A program made the position numbers and the translations under genes. The notes below the pieces were generated by a model. That model was not told where the DNA came from, did not search any database, and worked only from the letters and a program-made list of their open reading frames with translations. This document shows positions 1-12,460 of a DNA stretch of 64,000 bases, piece by piece (the stretch's first letter is position 1; each line of letters starts with the position of its first letter). The stretch lies in assembly GCF_009914755.1 (NCBI RefSeq), contig NC_060936.1; one strand, written 5' to 3'. Source of the DNA: the human T2T-CHM13v2.0 reference genome, Homo sapiens.

Positions 1-104
1 ATTTGGCTGAGGCAAGTTGGAAGTTGAGCTGGACCTTAAATGATATAGAGACCTTTATTTACCGTTATGTGCTAATAGTTAAAATTTACTTATTTGGGAC
101 TGCT

Positions 105-280
105 AACATATGCTCAAGTTAAAAATGCCAAAGGTCTCCTTTCTATTCCTGCCCCCAGTCCCTCAGTTTCCCTTTCCAGAAGCAGTGCTATGACTCCTTT
201 CCTACAAACCCTTCCAGATACAGTATCATACTTTTTTTTTTTACATATATAGCATTTCTTATTTTTTTATTTGTAAAATT
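105..280 (-). mobile_element. old L1ME-type 3' UTR fragment
   Basis: Degenerate similarity to antisense L1ME 3' UTR (cccagtccctcagtttccctttccagaagc...cccttccagata). Confidence 0.4.
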
Positions 281-499
281 TATCCTTTTCCAAGTGCTAA
301 AACAGTAAAGAACAGGTAAGCTAAATAAAACAAAAACAAGTCAACTTCCCTGTGGGGAGGCTAGAACAGTGCTGGTCTCATTGACTAGTGGGGAGCAGTA
401 CATGAATGAGGTTTGCTTTTCCTAAGATATTTGCCTTCTCATTGATTGGAGTATTGGTGGCTAAAACGTAAGCAACTCTGAACCCTCTAGCACTTACAG

Positions 500-700
500 A
501 ATGGTGATAATATTGTGTTGAGTGCTATACTATGCTAGAACTTCACATCTGTTTTCTCACATCTCTGTAAGGTGAGCCTTTCCCTCCCTTGACAGATGAC
601 GAGGCTGGAACTCAGGCTAAGTTAGCCTGTTGTAGGCCAGACAGCAAATAGGAGGTAGAGCTGACTTCTGACCTGACCTTTTCCTACCATATTATGCTAC
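500..700 (-). mobile_element. MIR SINE (degenerate)
   Basis: Antisense MIR core-like gacagatgacgaggctgg...ggtagagctg. Confidence 0.5.
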
Positions 701-1549
701 CCCTCTGGATCTAAAGCTCTTGGTTCTGTATTTCTAGTATCATTGTTGCTGTTTTCTTTTATGGCTTTACATACTGAGTCCTTGGTATGAACTTGGGGTG
801 ACCCAAGAGAAAAAAGTGAGTGGAAACTAACTTCCTCTCTATTAAAAAAAAAATCTGCTCAAAGGAGAAGGGCAAATTCACAGCTCAGTTTCAGGGGGCT
901 GCAAGTCAAGTCAATATTTTCTTCTTTTTTTTTTTCATGTGGATAAACTGCCTCCCTCATTTTGAGTTTTCGAATCTGAAATAATGAGAGTCTAATGAAT
1001 AACAAATATATACCTCTTTTTCTTCTTTTAATTCTTATTAGCATTTTGGATTCAAGTCTAGAAATTCCTCTTCATTTTTTTTTCTTTTTTGTCTAACATT
1101 TCTTTTGAATAAAGAGTATTACCTACTTTTAAATGCAAAAAATGGAAAATTGGGAAGACATTGTCTTCTTGCTTTTCGCAGAGGCAACATTTTTATTAGT
1201 GTGCATATGTGTAAGTTTGGCCCCAGGCTGTGCTCACAATCCCCAAGCCCCTGGCAGAAGGGGACTCCAGGGTCCCCCCATCTCAGGGATGACATGTGGG
1301 TCAGTATAGTGTCAGGATGGTGATGATCCACTGGCTCTGAAACCACAGAAATGTTCATCAGTGTCTGCTGCCGCCTACCTGTGGCCTTCTTGTTAAATGA
1401 GAGAAATAAACCCGATTTCTTTTGGTTATTCTATCATTCCTGCAGCCCAGAAACAAAGAGAGGGTATGACTGGTTCAGGGAATTTTATTCAGTCTGGTGG
1501 GCAGACAGAATGTGAAGAGCCAGCCAGGGTCCCAAGATGATGCTGGAGC

Positions 1550-1940
1550 CATTAGCACGGCTTACATTTTCAAAGGTCTTGTAAATCACATTATGGTTTT
1601 AGGATGTTTTTCCTGGGCAGTTATTTTAATCAGGGGATCAGACATGATCAACTTTTTTTTTTTTTTTTTTTTGCTTAAGAACGATCACTCTGGCTGCTCT
1701 GTGAGCAGTGAATTGGAAGTAACAAGACTAGGGGCAGGGAGACCTGTTTGGAGGCTATCGCACTAACCCTGGTGAGAGGTGGCCATGGCAGAGTTGCTGG
1801 AGGGAAGGGGGAGAATTCTAGAAATGTTTAGGGATACAAGAGAACAGGGCTTGATGTGGGAGATGAGAGAGAAGGAGGACTTTAGGGTAACTTCAACATT
1901 TCTTGTTTGTGCAGCTGGTTGGTTGGTGGCGCTTTTTGGT
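1550..1940 (-). mobile_element. L2 LINE fragment
   Basis: Purine-rich antisense L2 motifs gatcactctggctgct, ggagacctgtttggaggcta, gagagagaaggagga. Confidence 0.7.
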
Positions 1941-4254
1941 TGACAAAGGGTATACAGAGGATGATTTCTTAGTCCTCTTATTGATAGATTTTAATACAAT
2001 AAAGTCATCTCGAAGTTTCAGATACATTTCTTCATGCTCTTTCTAGGTTTTTCTTTCTTTTACATGTTTCATGGGTGGGGGAGGGTTTAAGAGTCTCAAT
2101 TGCTCTGGAAATTGACCTTCCTGCTAGGGAAGAGATGGTGGTATCCTTATGACAGTTTTCTTCCAAATTGTGGAACGCTTTGTGATATTTAGTAATCATA
2201 TTTTTGGTTTTTTTTTTGTCTACAGGGAGTGGAATTACTTTCATAGAAATATATAAAAATTCATTTTTTCTCTCCTAATTTTTTTTTGTGATACATTTTT
2301 CTGTAAGGAGGAATTATAGGACTTAACTTTCTATGAGTGTGGTAAAGAGGATAAATACCTCTTTATCCTCTTTATATAAATGAAAGGCATCTATCCAGTT
2401 TTGAATTATTTGGGAAAAAAAATCCCATGGAGGAATGAACTCGAGATAATTAAATTTCTCCAATTCAGAAACTCTGAATTTTTTTTTTTTCTTATTAGGA
2501 AAGTGGTTGAGATATGGCTGAATGGAAATTTAAAATCTTGAGCATGGTTATACATCAGAAACGTAACATGTAGTCTAGGTCCATTCCAGAGAGCAAAAAA
2601 GACTCAATATTTTTGACATTATTAATGAATAGATTGATGCATTTGTTATGCCTGCAGAGAAACATTATTTTATCACGAGTTGCCTGCAGCTCAGAGAGTA
2701 AAGGGCTTTTGGAAGAGTTATTCAGAGAGAGGTCAAGGGGGAGTTACTGGTTTTTTGTTTTTACAAGGAAGTTTTAGTAAATCATATTAATAGTAATAAT
2801 AATAATGATGATGGTGTACATTTGCATAGCACTTGGCAGTTTACACTGCTCTTTAGAGTGCGGGATCCACGCAGCTCTCTGTGAAGTAAGCATTTTATAG
2901 GTGCCAAAACAGATTCACAAAGTGTACCTGAGGTCATCTGTTTCCTGGAGCTGTAATTTTTCCCAATAATCAGTAATATTCCCCATGCATTACAATGGTA
3001 TCCACAATGCAGCTGTGTGGGGAGAAGGTAAGCCTCTTTATTGAGGGTGAGAGGGCATGAACCGGCTCCTGGGTGCGCCCTCCTAGGATTGAGTTAGAGT
3101 TTGCAATATTAAAAGCACAACTCCAGTCACACCTGTGGATGGTAACAAGATGCTAGACTGAGCACGATAGGCTATTTCTCATTTTTTTTTCCTAGTAAAA
3201 TTTATTTGTTCTTTGTTCTCATGTCTTCTGTTAGCATTCTTTGGAAAGGCATTAGTTAGTGCCACAGGTTTTAGAAAAAAACTGAGGGAAAAATACTAAA
3301 GCTGAGAATGTTTTATTAAGTTTTTTTTTTTTCTGTGAATTAGTAAAAGACTGTCATGTATGATTTTAGCAGAATACCTTGATCCAGATTGAGGAACTCC
3401 AACCAGTAATCCTGGGAGGCATAATTTAAGAACCGCTAACAGAAGCATTTTGAAAGTGATTGAAATTGACATTCCTTAAAAAGGTAGTTTATTGCCTTCT
3501 GAGGAACATTTGTTTAGCTCTTTAAATTATTCATATTTGAAGGGAAAGCATTCTACAAGAAATCTTATTTTTGAGATATAGCTGGTAAATATGGAAAACT
3601 CAAAACGCCTGCCTGTTCTACTTGTCATCGTTCATCCTCTGACAGCTTACACCAGTCAAGTTACTAAGTCTCTGGTTATTTTTGAGACTCTTTCTCCCCA
3701 AGCGTTCCTTAGTGAATCTTAAGATTCTGGGATTTAGCTTAGCAGACAGGCTGTGCCACCATGCAGTGTCTTCTTTGGCCCTCCCTGCCCCATTGCAATG
3801 TCTTTTACTACACCTTATTTAGCCAAAAATGTGCAGTCCTTTAGTGATGAGAATGTAATAATGGAATACTTAAAGTAATTAAAGATACTGCTTTTTCTGA
3901 TTGAAACAAAAGCTAATAGACTTCCAATTGTCACCTGTCACAGTGTACTTTTTTGGAGTTGCCCTTTGAGCTGTGTTATCTGATTTGAACTTTTCAAGCT
4001 TCCTCTGGCCACACTGGGATTTTTCTCTGGCTATGCCCTGCAGTCCCTTTACTGAATTGGCAGTGCTCCTAATGCTTTTCTCTAGCTTTCATTTGACCTT
4101 CAGTAGAGGTTAAAATTAACTTCAAGGTGAAACTGGTCCTCGTGATTGGTCGATTGCTTCTCTTTCTTGAGCACTGCACCCATTTCAGAAGACAGATGGT
4201 TTTAGTATTAATGGCATCAACCATCCTTTGCTGGAAGATAAAGAGTCAGACTTT

Positions 4255-4372
4255 CTATTTGGAATGTAAGCTCCTTGAGGGCACTGAGCTTGTTTATTCA
4301 ACCTTCTATTCCTAGTGCCTAGAACAGTGCCCAGAACACTGTAGAAGAAGATGTGTTGATTAAAGGAATGAA
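4255..4372 (+). mobile_element. L2 3' end
   Basis: aatgtaagctccttgagggc...cctagtgcctagaacagtgcc...ggaatgaa, the typical L2 terminus. Confidence 0.75.
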
Positions 4373-4949
4373 ACTTTCCTATAGGGACTCTCAAGAGATA
4401 GCTGGCCTAACTTAGAATAGAAATGTGTGTGCCAAGGACTCGTGGTTTCAAGAAACAGATACTCAAGTGGGTGTGGACACATTTCCAGGATGTTCTCCCT
4501 CTCACATGTACCCAACCAGACCCTCGGGCCTTGTCCTTTCTGTCTGGTTCTAGGGAAAAAGCCCATTGCCTGTGCTTTCTAAAATAATAAATCTCACATT
4601 CACAAAGGATCTGGTTTCTGCATGTTTTTCTGCATGTTCCAAGCTCCGGCCATGTGCAAGTGATATTAACAAATTTATTTATGATTTGTTCATATCCTCC
4701 TCCTTCCAGAGATTGGTTGAAATATTAAACTGTTCATTTCTATTCTTCACTTCCTTTAAGCCTTAATTGGAGCCACTTCTTCTATTGGATAAACGCCTTC
4801 CCTGGTTGGCCTCGTTTCTCTCAGGTCCCTTGTTTCACTTTGTGTTTCCTCAGTTGCCAGTAGGCTGTGCTGTGATGCTTTGCATTTATTTGGTTATATC
4901 ATGTATACATTTATTCTGTGTCCTCTATTAGATACTCTTGTCGTTTTTT

Positions 4950-5190
4950 AAGCTAACATTCATTGAGGTTTATTGTGTGTCAGGTCCTGTGTTTAGGGCT
5001 TTGGATCCTAAATTATCACATTAATTTTCACAGCAACTGTTTGCAGTAGGTGGCATTATCCCCATTTTACAGATGAGAAACCTAAGTTTTAGAGGAGAGA
5101 CACACCCAAGGATGTACACCTAGTAAATGGCAGAGCTGGGGTTTGAATCTTTATGCATTTAATTTAAAAGCCTGAATCATCACATTTCAC
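4950..5190 (-). mobile_element. MIR SINE
   Basis: attatccccattttacagatgagaaa...aaatggcagagctggggtttgaa. Confidence 0.85.
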
Positions 5191-5449
5191 ACCCTCTTAG
5201 AGGAAGGCAGGGTTCATGCCATCTGCTTCCTCCAACCACCACCACTCTTCAGCAGTATACCACAGAATGCTGTAAGCTTCTTATGACCTGAAAAGATGTA
5301 TTTTAAATGCAATCAATACAAGTCTTCTGAAGAAATACACACAAGCAAATTCAATTCAACACCACCAAAAACTCCTTCAATTAAGATAAACCAGTATTGA
5401 CATTTTGGAGTATATCTTTCCTTGTTTCTTTTGCAAAGAATTAAGTATA

Positions 5450-6060
5450 TACATTGGAAACACTCTTAAGGCTTAATGCATTCTGCTAATAAATTTCTCC
5501 TTCTTAGAACCAAAGTTGTGTGCTCACTAAGAGCCATTTGTTTTTTTCTTAGTACTGTTTATGCCAATCGAACTTACTGTAATTCTGTAATCTAATTAGA
5601 TATTACGTAAACCAATGAAATATGAGTATAAAAATAGAGTTGTTGCCACTAAAATTAGGTTGAATGCTTTAGCAAAATGTGATAAAAACAAATCTCTAAA
5701 ACAATTGCTCTAGAATTCAGAGTAGGTGGAACAACTGAAAGATTTGAAAATAAATGTTAAAAGTCACAAAGGATTCAACATTCATATTGCTTCACAAGTG
5801 TATTTAAATTTTTGTTTCATGTTAAAGAAATTGAAACTGAAAATAGAGAAGAAGATGGATTATGGATATGATTTATGCAGGAAAGATTATGTGGAATTCT
5901 AGCCAGCAAATACTCAAGTCCTCAGTGTTAAAGTTAAAATAAAATGTTTTAGGCAGCAGGTGGTTTTTTTTTTTTTATGAATCCTCACTTTCACTAGCTT
6001 TTGAAATTAAGCAATTAACTTCTGATCCTAAATGTGTTAGATAAGAATGCTTCTACTCTA
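5450..6060 (+). mobile_element. Tigger15-like (pogo/Tigger) DNA transposon relic
   Basis: Frameshifted translation RVVATKIRLNAL..KSLK/IALEFRVGGTT and DGLWI*FMQERLCGI resembles pogo/Jerky psq-HTH and CENP-B HTH; terminal gataagaatgcttctactcta resembles a Tigger TIR plus TA. Confidence 0.65.
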
Positions 6061-6551
6061 TATATCTCAAAAAAGAATAACATAATTTGCTAAGCAGCTT
6101 TTTTCATGTAATATATCATGAACATGTTTTCAAGCCAATAAATATAGATTAAAACATTTTCTGGCAATATAACGTACATGCAGAAAAGTACACAGATCCT
6201 AAGTGTACAACTCAGTTTATGATCACAAAGTGAACACATCCATTTACTGCCCCCTACTTAGGTCAAGCAACAATATTCCCAGTACCCCCAGAAGCCTCCC
6301 ATGGCCTCCTCCTCCCCACCAGAGATAATAGCTACTTTGAATCTAACATTATAATGTTTGTTTTGGAACTTTACGTAAATGAAATGTCTGTAGTTTTTGA
6401 TTTTTTTACTTACTTTACTCAATATTTGTTTGTGAGATTCATCCATGTTTTTCACATGTATTATTTGTTTATTCATTCTCATTGCAGTTTATTATTTCAT
6501 GTGAAAGAAGATACCATAATATTTACTCATTCTGTTGTTTTTGTTATATAC

Positions 6552-6856
6552 TTTATTTATTTTTTTTTTTGGAGACAGGGTCTTACTCTGTTGCCAAAGC
6601 TGGAGTGCAGTGGCACAATCTCAGCTCACTGCAATCCCACCTCCCAGGTTCAAGTGATCCTCCCCCAAGTTAGCCGCCTGAGTAGCTGGGACTACAGGTA
6701 TGCGCCACCATGCCTGGCTATTATTTTTGCATTTTTTGTAGAGGTGGGGTTTCTCCACGTTGCCCAGGCTAGTTTCGAACTTCTGGGCTCAAGTGATCCA
6801 CTCGCCCCGCCCTCCCAAAATGCTGAGATTAAAGGCATGAGCCACCACTCTTGGCC
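6552..6856 (-). mobile_element. AluJ
   Basis: Poly-T then gagacagggtcttactctg, J-type ctgggctcaagtgatcc; TSD cattct(g/a)ttgtt at 6528-6539 and 6860-6871. Confidence 0.93.
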
Positions 6857-7463
6857 CACCATTCTATTGTTGATGGCCATTGGGGTTGTTTCCAGTTGCG
6901 GGCTATTATGAAAAATGTTGCTATGAACATTCTTGTACATGTCTTTTGGCATACGTGTGCAGTTTTAAAGTTGTTCATTTGTTTATATGCCTTAGGAATG
7001 GAATTGGCAGGTGATAGGATATGTGTATGTTCAGCTTTAGGGAATACTGTGAAAGTGGTTGCACAAATCTACAATCCCATCATCAATTTATGTGAGTTAC
7101 TGTTGTTCCTTATCTTTGGCAACACTTGGTTTGGTCTGTCTTAACTGGTTTTATCCAAAGTGGTAGGCTTGTTATAGTCTCTTGTGATTTTAATTTGCAT
7201 TTTCCTGTTGGCTAATGAGCACATTTTCATATGTTTATTGACCATTTGGATGTCTTTTGGGTGGGCATGTTGAAGTATTTGTTTAGTATTTGTCTCTTGC
7301 CTACTTTTCCATAGAACTGTCAGACATTTTCTCATTTATTTGTACTTATATATTCTAGATGTAAGTTCCTTTGTTGGTTATATGTGTCAGCAATGTCTTC
7401 TTCCACTCTGTGGCTTGCCTTTATTGCTCTCTTAGTAGGGTTAATGGAGCTTCCCAATTTTAA

Positions 7464-7871
<408 letters not shown>

Positions 7872-8499
7872 CCCTCCTATGTTATCTTTTATCAACTTTA
7901 TTCTTTTACCTTTCACATTTAGATCTACACTCCACATGGAATTAATTTTTGTGTATGTTGAAAAGTTAGGGTTAAGTTTCATTTTATGCTACATTAATAT
8001 CCAGTTGCTCAAACAGCACTTACCAAAAAGACCATCCATTCCCCATTGCTCTGCCATACAGCCTGTTCCATAACATAAATCAAATATCCATATATGAATG
8101 GGTCCAGCTGTGGACTCCTTATTCTCTTCCACTGGTGTATTTCCCTTGAGCTAATAACACATACTTTGATTACTGTAGCTTAGTAGACTGAGGACTACAT
8201 CTTCTTCTTTTCACCAGTTCCTGGAGATTCTTGGTTATTCTTGATCCTTCACATTTCCAAATGAAAAGATTAGAACAGCTTAGAACAGCTTGTCAATTTC
8301 CACAAATACACACAGAGACACACTCAGATTTGCAGAGATTTTTAATGAGATTGTTTTAAATCTATAGATCAATTGCTTTTACAATCAAATCTCTAAGAGA
8401 ATTGATGTCTTTGCAATATTGAATCTTCCTCTTTGTACATAGAGTATCTTTCCATTTATTTGTGTTTTCTATAATTCATTGAAAGTTTTATGTTTTAGT

Positions 8500-8950
8500 T
8501 ATTTATCTTCAACATAATTCTTTCCAATGGCTATAGAATATTTTTTGGTTAACATAAAAATTTATTAATTAATCTCCTTGTGTTGTAAACCTAGGTTGTT
8601 TCTGTTTTGTTTCATTGTTGTAAATAATGTGATTATGAACATTCACAAGTATACATATTTTAGTGCCTTTCTGTCTCCTTGGAATTGACTCCTGAAACTG
8701 GAATTTCTGGAACATACAGCTTGCACCTTCATATTCCCCAGTGAGTTCTATCATTTTAAACTCTCTCCCAGAGTTATAATAGGTTCCACTCTTGTGAACC
8801 TGGAGAATAACTCACTGTATTTTCCATTTGAATTTTTTAATTACTATTGACAGTGAACTAGTTTTCATCTGGCCATTTGTAGTTCTTTTGTGAATAGCCT
8901 TTTCATGGCTTTTGCTCAGTGTTTTTATATTTTCCTATTACTTAATAATT
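8500..8950 (-). mobile_element. old L1M fragment
   Basis: ctaggttgtttctg...gattatgaacattc...ttggccatttgtagttcttttgtgaatagcc, antisense L1 ORF2/3' UTR-like. Confidence 0.55.
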
Positions 8951-9224
8951 GCTCTTTCTATACCACATATAACCCCTTGTCACGTGTATTTACAAAATAT
9001 GTCTGTGTGATAAATGAATTAACCAGTATACTTTTGTTACTGGAGTGGAACTTTACAGAAGAGCACAAAAAGAAAACCTTGTTAAGCCTGTTGGAAATGT
9101 GATTATTCCCTGAATGTTTATGTCCTTTGCACATTTAGGAATATCATAGCAATAATGAACTTAGTAGTAGGGACAATCAGCAACTAAATGAAGTAGAAGA
9201 CAGATAATATAATTGCATGGGAAG

Positions 9225-9420
9225 AACATAGAAATTAGATCCAGAAAACTGGGTTCTAGACATGACCTCACTGCTCTTTACCTCCATGATCTTGATTAAA
9301 CCATATATTCTCTCTGAGTCTTAATATCTTCATCTGTATAGTGGGTGCACTTATACTTATTTATCTTCCAGGTCTAAGATGAGATCATATATGAAAAGCA
9401 ATAGTGCAAACAGTGAAAGT
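9225..9420 (+). mobile_element. MIR SINE (degenerate)
   Basis: ctgggttctag...ctctctgagtcttaatatcttcatctgta. Confidence 0.6.
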
Positions 9421-10449
9421 TATACCATAGAAATTATAATGCCAACAAATATAGTGTAAGTGTGGCAAGTTGAATGTATGCTTTATTTAAATTATCGTCT
9501 TTTGAGGTAACCTAATTTATAAAATATTCAGCCTAATGGCCATCATTCTGAGTCTGTGGTTTGTGAGTTTGTACTAATTTGCATGACTCCTTTTAAAAAG
9601 AAATGGTTTGTTGTTTGAAAAAATCAAGTTGACATCCTTTGTGACTGTTCAGAGTGTGTTTGTGGTTTATTGGCTTCTAGGGCATTAGGTTTCTGTCTCC
9701 CATATTGACAGTCTTTATGAGCTCGTTAGCCACTGTTCTGGTAAAAGCCATTTTGATCTGTGATGAGGGCACTACATTAAAAGAGTATTGAAGTTGGAAA
9801 TCTATATTTTGGTTCTTTCATTAGAATGTGCCCTTTACAAAAGAGGCAATATGAATTTGCATTGCAAAGGATTGCTTATTTCTTTTTAGAACTCTTGAAG
9901 TCAGGTAATTTAATTATGTCTATGCCATAGCCTTTTATCTTCCTCTGCAAAGAAACTCTCTCTTCTGACACCTCATATTGGAAGCCGGTCTTCTTATCCC
10001 CAGAATTAATTAACATGCAAATACTTGTCTAGAGATATGGGAACAGTGCTTTTTCAATTAGCATTTAAATATCACTCTTAATGATGTTAGATTGACTCTT
10101 TTAAGGGAAAATTAAAATAGTATAGTCATCTCTGGATTATTTCCTAGAGCATATTATTGATATTTCTGAAGATATGGGCTTAGTAGGAGCTTTTATCTTC
10201 TACTGTTCACAGACTGATTGAGTCAGATCCCGGGTTGGACTGGACAGCAAAGCCTGGTTCTGGCCTTCCTTTGCCTCTGGTTTCCTAGCTAGGCCTGCTG
10301 ATCGTGCCCTGCACTGCTTCTCAGTAGCAAGTGTATTTATGTAGGAGCGGCACCTGCAGGAACTGTTTGCAACTGGGAAGGGTACCCAGAAGCAAGGAGG
10401 GAAGTATAGAGGAGCTTTGGTAGCAATCATCTCCCAAAAAATAAAGAAG

Positions 10450-10632
10450 ATGAACTTTGGAGTTAGAGATGCATAGGTTCAAATGTTGCCTGTGCCACTT
10501 TGAAGCAGTATGATGTTGAGCAAGTTACTTCCCTTCACTGAGACTCAATTTCCTCATCTGTAAAATATAAATAGTAATATTTACCAGTCAGGTTGTTAAG
10601 AGGGTTAAACATGACAATATATATGCAATATG
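10450..10632 (+). mobile_element. MIR SINE
   Basis: gagcaagttactt...actcaatttcctcatctgtaaaat. Confidence 0.85.
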
Positions 10633-10703
10633 TCTTACGTAAGTCAGAGTAGGCTCTCTGCTGTAACAAAGAACTCCAGATCTCAGTGGTTTAACTTAGG
10701 TTA

Positions 10704-11039
10704 TGACGTGGTTTGACTGTGTCCCCACTCACATCTCATCTTGAATTCCCACATGTTGTGGGAGGGACCCAGTGGGAGGTAGTTGAATCATGGGGGCAGG
10801 CCTTTCCTGTGCTGTTCTGGTGGTGACGAATGAGTCTCACGGGATCTGATGATTATATAAGGGGGAGTTTCCCTGCACAAGCTCTCATCTGGTCTGCTGC
10901 CATGTGAGGTGTGCCTTTTACCTTCTGCCATGATTGTGAAGCCTCCCCACCACATGGAACGGTAAGTCCATTAAATGTCTTTTGTAAACTGCCCAGTCTT
11001 GGGTATGTCTGTATCAGCAGTGTGAAACAGACTAATACA
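10704..11039 (+). mobile_element. THE1 (THE1C-like) MaLR solo LTR
   Basis: TG...CA termini (tgacgtggtttgactgtgtcccca...actaataca); perfect 5-bp TSD GGTTA at 10699-10703 and 11040-11044. Confidence 0.93.
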
Positions 11040-11288
11040 GGTTATTTCCTGCTGGAAGAAAGAGGAGGGCTTTGCTTCATGCAGACATTCAGGGACCCAG
11101 ATATCTTTCATCTAGTGGCCTTGTCATTTTCTAAGGCCTTGGAACCCTCATTGAATCATCTGTCTCTGGCTGGCAGGAGAGGGGAGAGAGTGAACATGGA
11201 TTGTGCAGAAGGCCAGGCTGGAGGTAGGGCACATTGCTTCCACTCAGATTACATTGGCTAGAACTCATAGCCATACCTACTTTGTGAG

Positions 11289-11615
11289 TTTTTTTTTTTT
11301 TTTTTTTTTTTTTTGAGACAGGGTCTTGTTCTGTTGTCCAGGCTCTAGTGCAGTGGTGTGGTTGTCCAGGCTCTAGTGCAATGGTGTGATCAGGCTTGAC
11401 CACCTGGGCTCAATCGATCCTCCTTCCTCAGCCTCCCAAGTAGCTGGGACTACAGGTGTGCACCACTCCACCTGGCTAATTTTTTTTTTTTTTTTTGTAG
11501 AGATGGGGTTTCACCTTGTTGCCCAGGCTGGTCTTGAACTCCTGGGCTCAAGTGATCCACCCACCTCAGCCTCCTGAAGTGCTAGGATTACAGGCATGAG
11601 CCACTGTTTCTGGCC
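11289..11615 (-). mobile_element. AluJ with internal 28-bp tandem duplication
   Basis: T26 tail, gagacagggtcttg, ctgggctcaagtgatcc; TSD ccata(c/g)ctacttt at 11271-11283 and 11617-11629. Confidence 0.93.
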
Positions 11616-11784
11616 ACCATAGCTACTTTCAAGTGAACCTGGGAAATTTGTGCTTAAGAGAAAACCAAAATGGATTTGTTTAATAAACACATAGTCCATC
11701 ACTATGTAGTTCACCACAAACATATAGTAATACTTGTTGAATAAATGAAAGGAAGAAAAATGAAATGAATTTTCTTCTTCATAG

Positions 11785-11945
11785 ATTCCTAGAGTATTAG
11801 AGCTGATGGGGGCCTTGGAAGTGATAGAGATTTTACCCCTTCTTTTATAGATGAGGAGCCTGAGGGCTTGAGGAATTTAGTGGCCAATGCAAGATCATCC
11901 AGCTGTTTAGTGGCAGGACCAGAACTTGAACCCACTTTCCCCAAA
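11785..11945 (-). mobile_element. MIR3/MIRc SINE
   Basis: ttttatagatgaggagcctgagg...tagtggcaggaccagaacttgaaccc. Confidence 0.7.
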
Positions 11946-12194
11946 TGCTGCTGTTTATTCTGCATTTAATTATTTAAAATATCATTGTTTTCTGCCATAG
12001 GGTTGCCCTTGCCTTTTGGAATGTGAAGATGGGTTAGGAGGTGGGAGGGGGGTTAAGGATGTTATTCTGATCATGATAGCTAGACTTCAGTTTTCTTTGG
12101 GGAAGAAGAGGTTTGGTATTTTAGGGTAGATATACCCTCAGGGCTGGAGGCTCTACAGCTTCTCAGTAATTTGTACTGAGAGTGAAAATTAATC

Positions 12195-12460
12195 TTCACT
12201 CACTCACTCATGTGTTTAAATAGCTTTTCTTTAGTCCCCTCCTATGTGTAACAAATCATCCAAGGTGATATGGATGCAATGATGAGCAAGATGTTCACAG
12301 CCTAAGGAAGGTGTCAAATATTTACACAATAATTACTAAATGAAATGAGGAGCAAGGAAGCAACAAGGTGGAAGGGACCAGCTGCTAGGGTGGGGAGGGA
12401 GAGGGCATAAGGAAAGCTTTATGGAGGCAGGGTCTTGAAGAATGGATCACAGTTTTTTGG
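12195..12460 (-). mobile_element. L2 3' fragment (degenerate)
   Basis: cactcactcactca...cctatgtg...aggaaagctttatggagg. Confidence 0.5.

Larger units (their letters stand above)
10640..11710 (-). mobile_element. MLT1J/K-like MaLR LTR, split by THE1 and AluJ insertions
   Basis: gtcagagtaggct...ctgtaacaaagaactccagatctcagtggtttaac, then cagggacccag, cattggctagaactc, ctgggaaat on either side of the inserts. Confidence 0.6.

Noticed and set aside
6354-6911. 185-aa ORF, the longest in the track
   Set aside because: Read-through of antisense L1 and AluJ (LECSGTISAHCN is the standard Alu translation)
8271-8290. Short 10-16 bp two-copy duplications (also about 45103, 59959, 62777)
   Set aside because: Common slippage products with nothing distinctive
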